From a virus (Duplodnaviria > Caudoviricetes): a stretch of 64,000 nucleotides of DNA. Position 1 is the first letter of the stretch; each line of letters begins with the position of its first letter. The position numbers and the translations under genes are program-made. Of this stretch, positions 35,440 through 44,198 are shown one piece after another. The stretch covers positions 1,187 to 65,186 of IMG/VR virus record IMGVR_UViG_3300046523_000171; one strand, given 5' to 3'. The notes under the pieces are model-generated. The model worked only from the letters and a program-made list of their open reading frames with translations, ran no database searches and had not been told where the DNA came from.

Positions 35440-37404
35440 TTACGACATCGAGACAGACACGATTGGTCGCGGCCCCTTTCGTAGCGGAATACCGACAAGC
35501 GAGCGGTCGGTGATGACCACGAACTCGCCCAGGTTGAACGCCTGGATCTCGGAACCACCGAACGTTCCTTGCAGCGATGGGTCGCCAAGCGCCAGGACGG
35601 CCCCTACAAGCGACGAACGCACATCGGACAAGGGAATCAGCGGGTTCGGGAACTGCGCGTCTCCCAGGGCCGCAAATTCGGCCACCATGTCCACCTGCGC
35701 CACCGACTGCGGGATCATCGGGTCCGGCAGCGTCGCGTCGCCCAGGGCAACGGACTCGACCAGGCCAGCGATCATCGCGGCCGACTGCGGCACCATCGAG
35801 CCGGGGAAGCTGTCGCCCACGGCCACGGACTGCGCCAGGCCCAGGACGGAAGCATCGGACTGCGGCGCGGTCGGGTCGATCCAACCGGCGTTGTCACCGA
35901 CTGCGACCTGGCCGACCACCTGCTGCACGCTCGCTGCCGACACTGGCGGCCAACCGCTGTTGTCACCATGCGCGACCCACTCGTGAACCGCGATCACGTC
36001 AGTCTCGTGGATCTCGGCCGGATAGTCCGGCGCGGGGAACACGTCACCGAGCGCGACCTGCTTCAGCACGTTGTAGGCGTACCGGCTTTGCGTGCTGATT
36101 ACGACAGGCGGCGTCGTGATGCGATGGGCAACCGAGATCTGCACCAGGCCCGCGACATGACGACCGATGCTCGGGTCGATCACGTCCCACGGCTTCGGCG
36201 TCGTCCTGCCGATCACGAACGACAGGTCGAGCGTGTAGACCGTCGTGAACGAGTGGTGCATCACTAGATCCGTACGCTGCTGCAACGCCTGCATGCGCAG
36301 CGTCGCCGCGTGGCGGCCGATGATGTTGGCGGGCGAGTAGGTGTCGCGGTGAAGCACGGTCTGCTGCACCAGGCCCGGCACGATGCGATACGACTGCACC
36401 GGGGCATAGTCGCGGTGAAGCACGGTCTGCTGCGCCAGGCCGCCAGCATGGTCACTACCGAACGGCACTGCTGCGGGCGCGCGGCGCTGCACGGACTGCT
36501 GCCCGTACGTGACCACGTTCTCGCCACTGTTCGGCGGCACCACGTCGCGGCGCTGCACGGCCATCGACACCAGATACGCGGCGTCCATTGGCGAGTGCGG
36601 CGCGGGCTTGCCGCTGGCCTGCACCACCTGCTCGACGTGCTGGAACACATCGGCAGTGGTGGTGATGACGATGACCTGCTGCGCGCGCGATGCGATGAAC
36701 TGCTGCACCAGGCCGCCAGCGGTGATCGCCGTGCGGACCTGCGCGACCGGCGTGAAGTCCCGGCGCTGCACGACCTGCTGCTTCTCGCCTACCACGCGCA
36801 CCTCGGACACCGCGACGTACACGATGCCGCGAGACAGCACGACCAGTTGCTTGTACGTCGGGATGCGCGTGTCGCTGCGAACGAACGGTGCTGCCGTAGC
36901 GATGCGATGCGCGATAACCTGCATTTGCAGACCACCGGCAAAGTCAGTGCTGCGTGCCCACGGTCGCACGGCACCGAGGACGATCTGCTCGCGGTAGTTC
37001 GCCACGTCGCGCGCCGACTTGACGGTGGACGGCAGTGGCATCGCCGGGCGTGGGACCAGCACGGTTTGTCGGAAGCCTGTGATCGTGCGCTGCACGGACA
37101 GGTTCTCGTTCTCCAAGCTGACCAGCACCTCGCGCGAGGTGTGCATGGCGCGGAACGGCGGTTCCTTGATAAGCGTCTCGCGCACCACGCTCGCCACGTC
37201 GGCGTAGATGTTCATGCCGATGCGGTCGCCTGTCAGCACATCACGCCCGACCAGCAGTGCGTCCGAGTACCAGTCCCGACCGACTCGATTGCCGGTCAGG
37301 ACTTCGCGCGTGACCCCGCCACCAATGTCAGCGATCAGATCGAGCGCCGACCTGTCACTGGTCAGCGTCTCGCGTGAAACGTTTATGGTGTCATTTTGAG
37401 CCAC
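35440..37404 (-). CDS. Repeat-rich tail fibre/filament protein
   Basis: Many V..Q.V..R repeats followed by VA(V/L)GD...PQS repeats. Confidence 0.65.
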   Translation of the reverse strand: MAQNDTINVSRETLTSDRSALDLIADIGGGVTREVLTGNRVGRDWYSDALLVGRDVLTGDRIGMNIYADVASVVRETLIKEPPFRAMHTSREVLVSLENENLSVQRTITGFRQTVLVPRPAMPLPSTVKSARDVANYREQIVLGAVRPWARSTDFAGGLQMQVIAHRIATAAPFVRSDTRIPTYKQLVVLSRGIVYVAVSEVRVVGEKQQVVQRRDFTPVAQVRTAITAGGLVQQFIASRAQQVIVITTTADVFQHVEQVVQASGKPAPHSPMDAAYLVSMAVQRRDVVPPNSGENVVTYGQQSVQRRAPAAVPFGSDHAGGLAQQTVLHRDYAPVQSYRIVPGLVQQTVLHRDTYSPANIIGRHAATLRMQALQQRTDLVMHHSFTTVYTLDLSFVIGRTTPKPWDVIDPSIGRHVAGLVQISVAHRITTPPVVISTQSRYAYNVLKQVALGDVFPAPDYPAEIHETDVIAVHEWVAHGDNSGWPPVSAASVQQVVGQVAVGDNAGWIDPTAPQSDASVLGLAQSVAVGDSFPGSMVPQSAAMIAGLVESVALGDATLPDPMIPQSVAQVDMVAEFAALGDAQFPNPLIPLSDVRSSLVGAVLALGDPSLQGTFGGSEIQAFNLGEFVVITDRSLVGIPLRKGPRPIVSVSMS

Positions 37405-37413
37405 GGTTCACCG

Positions 37414-39552
37414 TCAGGAAGTAACGCGCATGCCGAACTTCGCTGCGGCGGCTTCAGCGGGCGTCCACGCTGCGCCGGTATCAGGGTTCACAGTGGCCGC
37501 GTTGTACGCCATCGTGTAGCCAGCCAGCGGAACCAGCGGCGTGTCGATGAGCGCCGACGTGTACGCCATGAGCAAGCCGCTCGGGCCGACCATGAACCAG
37601 TCGCCGTTAGCCAGTGCGCACCCTGCATACAGCGTACCGGGGAACGCGGTGAGGCGACGCCAGTTCGCACCACCATCTGACGACGACAGCGCAGTGGTCG
37701 TACCAGTCACCGCAATCGTCACGCCAGTGGTGGCGTCAGCGAACATGAAGCTGATAACTGACTGCGTGCTGCCGTTCGTGTTGTAGCTTGGAGACGACCA
37801 CGAGATCCCGTCCTGCGAGCGGCGAATGTAACCGGCAGAGGTCGTGTTCTGGATCATGACGGTGAACCAGTTGCCATCGAACGCAATCTGCGTAACGTTG
37901 CCGCCGCCGAATGCCGAACCCTGGCCCGTCGCTCGGGTAGTCCACGTCAAACCTTTGTCGTCGCTCGTGATGACGCTTGAGCCGGTGCCGATTGAACCAA
38001 CGACACGACCCAGCGTAGGGTGATACAGCAGCGTTGCGATCAGGCCGGTGGTTGGAGCAATGAGCGTCCAGTTCGCGGTCACGGACGGATCGAGGTTGCC
38101 CGCACAGCGCCAGATCCGGCCGCTGGAACAGCCGACGAGAATCGTGTTGTCGGGCAGTACGAGCATGCAGTACGGCTGATACGTGGTGGTGGTTGGGCCG
38201 GTGAACGGCGCGCCAGGCGTATCGGAACCTGGCGGGATGATCTGCACCTTGAAGTCGCTGCGGGCAATGATGCCAGTGCCATCGGAGCGGAAGCCGACGA
38301 TGCCCCATGTGCCTGCACCTTCGTCAGCGATTTGATTCCACGATGAGTTCGCATCGCCGTTGATGCCGGTGGCGAACAGCGATGGGCCTGCGCCGGATGC
38401 GAACACCTTGCCGTCAGTCGGGCGTCGGGCAACCGCGTTCATGTTGCGCGCGCCGAACGGCGAAGCAAGCTGGCGGAATTCCTTCGGGTGCGGATCTTCC
38501 TTTTCGACGCCGCCAGCAGAGACGATCAGCGGGCGCAGTGTGTGCGGGTTCGATTCGAGGTTCGACGCCAGCACTTTAGTCGCAACCGCGTGGATCAGCT
38601 TTCCACTGGAAGTAGCGGTGTCCTTATTGGTTGAGTAGATGTCCATGTCGCCAGCGGTCGAACTTTGCAGCGTCATGGTCGGCTGATCCACGATGTCCTG
38701 CCCGGCCACCTGCGCGTTGCTGGTAGCGTCAATCGGGCGAACGAAGTCCACGTCAACGTCGTTGTTCGGACGTGCGCCGATAACGCGAGTCGTGGGACCG
38801 AGGCGCACGTTCGGCGCTTGTGCATCTTCGACGAGGATGTACCAGTTCGAGATCGCCCAGCGACCGGCCGCGCCTTGCAGGAAGGTGCCCGGTGCCGTAA
38901 CGTTGTTCTGGTACATGTAGAAGCCGATGCACTCAGGTGGCACTGATACCGCGCTTTGCAGCACGAGCACGTCATCGACCCACACGCGCACCTCGTTGTC
39001 GGCAATGCGATATTCGATGTATGCGATGCGGCCGGGCACAAGCGTTTTTGTGCTTTGCCTAGCGCCACCATACGCTGTAATAGACAGGTCGGTGCCTACG
39101 GTGAACAGGGTCGTCGCTGCGTTCGGCGTCGGGTCTGTTGCGCCAGCCATTGTCGAGATCACATACAGCGCATACGTAGCATTGATCTGATACGCATTGG
39201 GCACGAACTCGGGCGGCACGTAAAGGCTAAAGCCGCCGACAACCGGCTTTCCTTGCGTCGGCAGAGGTTTCCTGATTACGGCCTGTCCGGTGTAGGCAGC
39301 CCCCTTGCTCGTGTTCGTCGTGTTACCGGACGAGAACACGAGAGCCTGGCGATCAGGGTAGACGGGATCTGGACGCACGATCCACGCCCCGCTCACCTGA
39401 TTGCTGGACTGGTCGGCAATGCTCGCCAGATAACCGGCACGCTTGAATGCAGCGGTGTATGCGTTGTTTCGCGCGACGCTCGCAGCGTTATAGGCGTCGT
39501 CGCCGGTCCACTGTGCGAACGCCATGAACGATTCGGTATGCAGAAGAGACAT
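37414..39552 (-). CDS. Tail-tip paralog 4 (with C-proximal beta-propeller)
   Basis: MSLLHTESF, YIEYRI, RLGP, W...FGM; Asp-box SDDKGLTW, SQDGISW, SSDGGANW. Confidence 0.7.
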   Translation of the reverse strand: MSLLHTESFMAFAQWTGDDAYNAASVARNNAYTAAFKRAGYLASIADQSSNQVSGAWIVRPDPVYPDRQALVFSSGNTTNTSKGAAYTGQAVIRKPLPTQGKPVVGGFSLYVPPEFVPNAYQINATYALYVISTMAGATDPTPNAATTLFTVGTDLSITAYGGARQSTKTLVPGRIAYIEYRIADNEVRVWVDDVLVLQSAVSVPPECIGFYMYQNNVTAPGTFLQGAAGRWAISNWYILVEDAQAPNVRLGPTTRVIGARPNNDVDVDFVRPIDATSNAQVAGQDIVDQPTMTLQSSTAGDMDIYSTNKDTATSSGKLIHAVATKVLASNLESNPHTLRPLIVSAGGVEKEDPHPKEFRQLASPFGARNMNAVARRPTDGKVFASGAGPSLFATGINGDANSSWNQIADEGAGTWGIVGFRSDGTGIIARSDFKVQIIPPGSDTPGAPFTGPTTTTYQPYCMLVLPDNTILVGCSSGRIWRCAGNLDPSVTANWTLIAPTTGLIATLLYHPTLGRVVGSIGTGSSVITSDDKGLTWTTRATGQGSAFGGGNVTQIAFDGNWFTVMIQNTTSAGYIRRSQDGISWSSPSYNTNGSTQSVISFMFADATTGVTIAVTGTTTALSSSDGGANWRRLTAFPGTLYAGCALANGDWFMVGPSGLLMAYTSALIDTPLVPLAGYTMAYNAATVNPDTGAAWTPAEAAAAKFGMRVTS

Positions 39553-39561
39553 GCGTTCCCC

Positions 39562-40572
39562 TTATCGAGCGATGATGCCGAAGTTCGACGACTCGACCAA
39601 GTTGCGGGTCCAGGCTGCGCCGCCCGGTGCCTGCTCATAGATCACCTGCTTGTAGCCGAAGTTCGTGTCGAGCGGAACCTGCGTCTCAACGTCGCCGCCT
39701 GCGGTGCCGATGGTCATGCCCAGCTTGCGGTCGTCGAGGTCGCCCTTCCGCGCGTACGACACCAGGGCCACCGCGAAGATTGCGTTCGCGTTCGGCAGCA
39801 CGACGTTCGAGGTGAACTTGTCGGTCTTACCGTCAGCATTGGCTTGCAGATACGGCGCGTTGGCCTTGCCCGGCGCGACTTGCGCGAGGATCGAGTAGTG
39901 CGTGCCAGTCGAGCCAACCGGCGTCCACTGCGTCGTCACGTCGGCGGTCGGCGCGCGCGTGATGATCTGCACCGGGCCGAGGCGCGCGTTGTTCTGGCCG
40001 CCGCTGTTGTCCAGCACGTACAGGTCGTCGATGTCGATGGTGCCCGCCGCGCTCGAAGTCGAGGTCATGCCCCAGGTGATCGTGTAGACCGTGCCAACGC
40101 CTGCCGGGAGCGCGACGGACAGTTGCAGCGTGTCGTTCGCATACACGTTGACCAGGCTGTTCGTCTTGTCGATCTCGATCTCGATGAACCAGAAGGCGTT
40201 CAGGATAATCACGTCCTGGCCCAGCGTGGAGCCGACTTTCATCTTGCCGGTGGCGGCGTCCCAATCGAGGTCGATCACGCCAGCGATGCGCGCGAAGCGC
40301 AGGCGCGAGGTGATGCCACGGAACGAGAAGCCGAACACGACTTTCGTTGCGGCCGAAGTGACCGATCGGCTGAACGACGGCGGCGTTGCAGCGCCAGCCT
40401 GGATCGCCATGCGCAGGCCCAGCGAGCCGCTATCCTGGCCGTCGTTGATGGTGAAGGTTGCGTTGGTCGCGTTCGTCACGGTGTAGCCCGCAGCTTGCAG
40501 GTAGGTCGTGATGTCCGCAGCGAGTGCCGTCTTGTCGGCGTAGTGGTCGAAACCGTCAGTATGAAGAAGCAT
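39562..40572 (-). CDS. Tail-tip paralog 3
   Basis: MLLHTDGFD, WFIEIEID, DDLYVLD...RLGP, W...FGI. Confidence 0.7.
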   Translation of the reverse strand: MLLHTDGFDHYADKTALAADITTYLQAAGYTVTNATNATFTINDGQDSGSLGLRMAIQAGAATPPSFSRSVTSAATKVVFGFSFRGITSRLRFARIAGVIDLDWDAATGKMKVGSTLGQDVIILNAFWFIEIEIDKTNSLVNVYANDTLQLSVALPAGVGTVYTITWGMTSTSSAAGTIDIDDLYVLDNSGGQNNARLGPVQIITRAPTADVTTQWTPVGSTGTHYSILAQVAPGKANAPYLQANADGKTDKFTSNVVLPNANAIFAVALVSYARKGDLDDRKLGMTIGTAGGDVETQVPLDTNFGYKQVIYEQAPGGAAWTRNLVESSNFGIIAR

Positions 40573-40587
40573 TTCAGGATTCCTTTG

Positions 40588-42462
40588 TTATGGGCGAACG
40601 GCGATGCCGAACGGCAGAGATTGTACGTTGTCGGCGGTCCACGGCTGATCGCCAGGTGCCTTCTCGAACACCGCGTAGCTGTATTCCGGCGTGGTCGAAA
40701 GTGCGGTGTCGATCACCTCTTTCTGGTTGCCGACTTCACCGACCACGAGGCCAAGCTGTCGGTTGTCGAGGTCGGACTTCTGCGCCAGCGCCACGACGCC
40801 CACGGCGATGATCGGCGCAGCGGCAGTGCCAGCGCCAGCGGGCAACGCGGTGTTCGAGGTATAGAGATCCTGTTCGCCGGACGTGGCCGAGCGCACGTAG
40901 CTCGCGGTGGACGGCGGCAGCAGGCCGACCAGCGGGAAGTGCGGACCATCCTGCGAAGCGTCCCAATCGGCCAGGGTGTCGGCGGTAGGCAGGCGCAGCG
41001 CCACGCTGATCGGCTTCAGGCGGCCGGTGAGAGTCGATCCCCCGGTGATGTCGGCATCCAGCAGGTACAGGTCGTCGATGTGCGCCACGGCCCCGTTCTC
41101 GGCCTGCCAGGTCAGCGTATAGGTCGTCATCGCCAGGCCAGCGGCAGGCAAGGCCGTCTCGATGTCGAGCGTGTCGTTCACGTACAGCCGCACCTTGTTG
41201 GCCTGCTTGTCGATCTCGATCTCGTAGTAGTACCAAGTATTGCGGATCGGGACGCTCGCACCAGCGACGCCGAGGATCTGGATACCAGCGGGCCAGTCCA
41301 TGTCCAGCAGATCCTTGATGCTGAAGATCCGGCCGCGCGCGGTGGCCTGGTGGGCGAAGCCGATCACCACCTTGTTCGAGGTGCTGGTGAAGGTGCGGGA
41401 CATCGCGGTAGGCGGCGCGAGCGACACGTAGATCGTCGCGGTGCTGCTGGTCTGACCCGAGCGCGCGCCGACCAGGCACCAGCCAACTTGCGCACCGCTG
41501 GACGTGTTGATGTCGTAGATTGCATTGTTGGACGCACCAGCGAAGGCCGGGACCGTCCAGGCGCTACCGTCGTCGCTCATGAAGAGGCGCGCGTTGTCAC
41601 CACCTGCGACCCAGCGGCCATCCGACACTGCGATGCAGCGCAGCGCGCCATTGTTCGACAGTGCCGCCGCAGCCACGATCCAGTTGATGCCGCTGTCCGT
41701 GCTGCGCCGTACGTCCGCGCCGGTAACTGCGAGCCAGGTGCCGTTGAAGAACGCGATGTCATTGACGCTGCCGGTCGAGCCGAACGCGCGGTTCGTGAAG
41801 TTCAGGCCATCGGCCGAGGTGAGCACCTGGCCCTGCTGACCGCCGACCATCCAGCAGTCGCCGTATTCGACGCACAGGTTCGGGTATGCGCCCGAGTTCT
41901 CGGTCACGGTCGCCCAGGTCATGCCGTCGTCGTCCGACACGATGATGCAGCCGACGCCGCCGTTGTTGCCGACCGCGAGCCAGCGCGAACCGCTGCACGC
42001 CACATCGTAGAAGTTGGCCGCACCGTTCGGCGCGCTGCGCTGGCTCCACGCCTGGCCGTCCGTCGAGCGCAGGATCGTGCCCAGGTCGCCCACGGCGATG
42101 AACGTGCCAGCGTTGCACTCGATGCTGCGCATGGTCTTGTTCACGCCCAGCACCAGCGTCGCCCACGAGATCCCGTCCGTCGTCGTCGTCGCCACGCCGC
42201 CGTCACCGACCGCGACGAAGCGGCCCTGCGAGTTGGCGGCCACCGCGTTCAGGTTGGCCTTGATCGTGTTGGTACGCGCCGACCAGGCTGCACCAGCGGC
42301 ACCGGCCGACACCTGAAGTTCGAGCGCGTAGGTGCCAGCCTTGCGCCCGGCCGCCATGCCGAGGCCGTTGCTGACCGCATAGCCTGCGGATTGAAGCGCC
42401 GACAGAAGTGTTTGCGCAGATTGACCCTGGAACTGGTCGAAGCCGTCGATGTGACGAAGCAT
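40588..42462 (-). CDS. Tail-tip paralog 2 (with N-proximal Asp-box beta-propeller)
   Basis: MLRHIDGFD; repeated S.DG..W; WYYYEIEID. Confidence 0.72.
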   Translation of the reverse strand: MLRHIDGFDQFQGQSAQTLLSALQSAGYAVSNGLGMAAGRKAGTYALELQVSAGAAGAAWSARTNTIKANLNAVAANSQGRFVAVGDGGVATTTTDGISWATLVLGVNKTMRSIECNAGTFIAVGDLGTILRSTDGQAWSQRSAPNGAANFYDVACSGSRWLAVGNNGGVGCIIVSDDDGMTWATVTENSGAYPNLCVEYGDCWMVGGQQGQVLTSADGLNFTNRAFGSTGSVNDIAFFNGTWLAVTGADVRRSTDSGINWIVAAAALSNNGALRCIAVSDGRWVAGGDNARLFMSDDGSAWTVPAFAGASNNAIYDINTSSGAQVGWCLVGARSGQTSSTATIYVSLAPPTAMSRTFTSTSNKVVIGFAHQATARGRIFSIKDLLDMDWPAGIQILGVAGASVPIRNTWYYYEIEIDKQANKVRLYVNDTLDIETALPAAGLAMTTYTLTWQAENGAVAHIDDLYLLDADITGGSTLTGRLKPISVALRLPTADTLADWDASQDGPHFPLVGLLPPSTASYVRSATSGEQDLYTSNTALPAGAGTAAAPIIAVGVVALAQKSDLDNRQLGLVVGEVGNQKEVIDTALSTTPEYSYAVFEKAPGDQPWTADNVQSLPFGIAVRP

Positions 42463-42475
42463 GTGTGATTCCCTT

Positions 42476-43462
42476 TCAGTTGGATTGGACGGTGATGCCG
42501 AAGTCCGCAGCCTGCATTCCGGCCACGGTGTCGTTGTTGTTCTTGTCGAAGAAGATGAACTGCGTTTTCCAGTCGTTGCCGACATCGCGCGTCGCCTCGC
42601 GCAGATCCGCGCCGGACTGACCGCCGATGAACACGCCCAGCTTTGCAGCCAGTTGTGGCGACTTGCGGGCCAGGACGACCATGCCGGTAGCGACGACCGG
42701 GTTGCCGTTCGCCAGCGGCATTTCGGAAGTGAAGCGTTCCTCTGCGCCGATGTCGTTCGAGGCCACGTATGCGTCCAGCGGCTTCGGCGGATGCAGCGAC
42801 AGCGAGACGTTGTGCGCCTTCGTCGGATCTGCCCTGAACCACTCCACGTTCTTGTCGTAGGTCGGGAAGCGCGTCGTGACCGCGATGGGGCCGAGCCGCG
42901 CGCCGTCGATCATGTAGAAGTCGTCGTAGCTCTTGGCGTTGGCGTCGTCAGGCGCGGGCGTCACGTCGGTGCGGTACGCGGCCGGGTTCATGTAGCCGAG
43001 GGTCACGGTGACAGCCTGCTCGGCCGGTGCCGCGCCCAGCGGGATCACGATGTCCTGGCGGTTGTTGATGAAGAGGGTCGCGGTCGCCGCAGCGCGGTCG
43101 ATCTCGATCTCGTAGTAGTACCAGCGATTCGACGTAGGCAGCGCGCCGCCCGGCTGATCGTTCAGGTACGGCAGGCCGCTATCGGGGTTCAGCCACAGCA
43201 GGACTTGCTTCGCGCCGATGGTCAGCCATGCGGCCGAGCCGCGCCCGGTGAACTGGTGAGCGAAGCCGACCGCGAACTTGTTGCCGACCCAGGCCAGGGC
43301 GCGCGACATGATCGACCGCGACGCGCTGATTGCCGCGCCGCCGATCCGACCCTGCACGAGCGACCACTGGCCGGTCGCGGTGTAATCGGCTCGTTGAAAT
43401 GCGCTGGCCGGATACTGCTCGCCCGCGAATTCCTCGAAGCCGTCGATGTGAATGGTGGTCAT
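42476..43462 (-). CDS. Tail-tip paralog 1
   Basis: MTTIHIDGFE, WYYYEIEID, DDFYMIDGARLGP. Confidence 0.7.
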   Translation of the reverse strand: MTTIHIDGFEEFAGEQYPASAFQRADYTATGQWSLVQGRIGGAAISASRSIMSRALAWVGNKFAVGFAHQFTGRGSAAWLTIGAKQVLLWLNPDSGLPYLNDQPGGALPTSNRWYYYEIEIDRAAATATLFINNRQDIVIPLGAAPAEQAVTVTLGYMNPAAYRTDVTPAPDDANAKSYDDFYMIDGARLGPIAVTTRFPTYDKNVEWFRADPTKAHNVSLSLHPPKPLDAYVASNDIGAEERFTSEMPLANGNPVVATGMVVLARKSPQLAAKLGVFIGGQSGADLREATRDVGNDWKTQFIFFDKNNNDTVAGMQAADFGITVQSN

Positions 43463-43473
43463 TGATCCCCCGG

Positions 43474-44196
43474 TTAGTTTTGAAGAAGCAGTCGCACCGT
43501 CGCGGCGTAGTTCTCGAAGCCATCGGGAGGATTTTCAGGAACACGGATTGCGAACAGATCGCCAGCCGCGTACGCAACGTTGGCGGTGACTTCGACTGTT
43601 CCCGTTACGTTGGTGGGACCGAACAGGATTCTACCAACCACCGCACCGTTGCGAAGGATCTGCAAGGCCATGAGGCCGATAGGCGGGATCACGCAGCGCG
43701 CGGCAGATCCGATTGCATTGACCGGCAGCGTCATCGCTTCTGGAACCGCGAACACGGCCAGGTATTCCAGCGGCTCGGCCTCGAACGACACCGACAGCAC
43801 CACGTCGTAGCGCGTGCCGGTCGGCGCTGGTGGCGCACCTTCGTCCTGAGATTCGTCCACCCAATATTGGCCGTTCCACCAGATCCAACTAGCCGGATTG
43901 GCGAGCCTGGCGCGCACGCCGCGCGTGGGCGTGCAGAAGATCCACTTCGCGCCGTCGTACACGGCCAGGTCGTTCGTGTGACCGGACCAGGCCAGTACGG
44001 CATCGGCGGGCACGAGGTACATGTCGCCCACCGTCAGGCCGTTCACAGGTGGCACCGTCTCGCTCATCGAAATGATGTACGGGTGCAGCAGCATGTCGAT
44101 GGCGAGGAAGTTGGCGGATACCGGATCGCCCCACCAGTCCTCGCCGCGCAGCCATCCGTGCGAGAGTTTGTATCGTGCTGAATCGTGTCGTGGCAT
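43474..44196 (-). CDS. DUF2793 tail protein
   Basis: PP...GDMYLVPADAVLAWSGHTNDLAVYDGAKWIFCTPTRG. Confidence 0.8.
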   Translation of the reverse strand: MPRHDSARYKLSHGWLRGEDWWGDPVSANFLAIDMLLHPYIISMSETVPPVNGLTVGDMYLVPADAVLAWSGHTNDLAVYDGAKWIFCTPTRGVRARLANPASWIWWNGQYWVDESQDEGAPPAPTGTRYDVVLSVSFEAEPLEYLAVFAVPEAMTLPVNAIGSAARCVIPPIGLMALQILRNGAVVGRILFGPTNVTGTVEVTANVAYAAGDLFAIRVPENPPDGFENYAATVRLLLQN

Positions 44197-44198
44197 GT

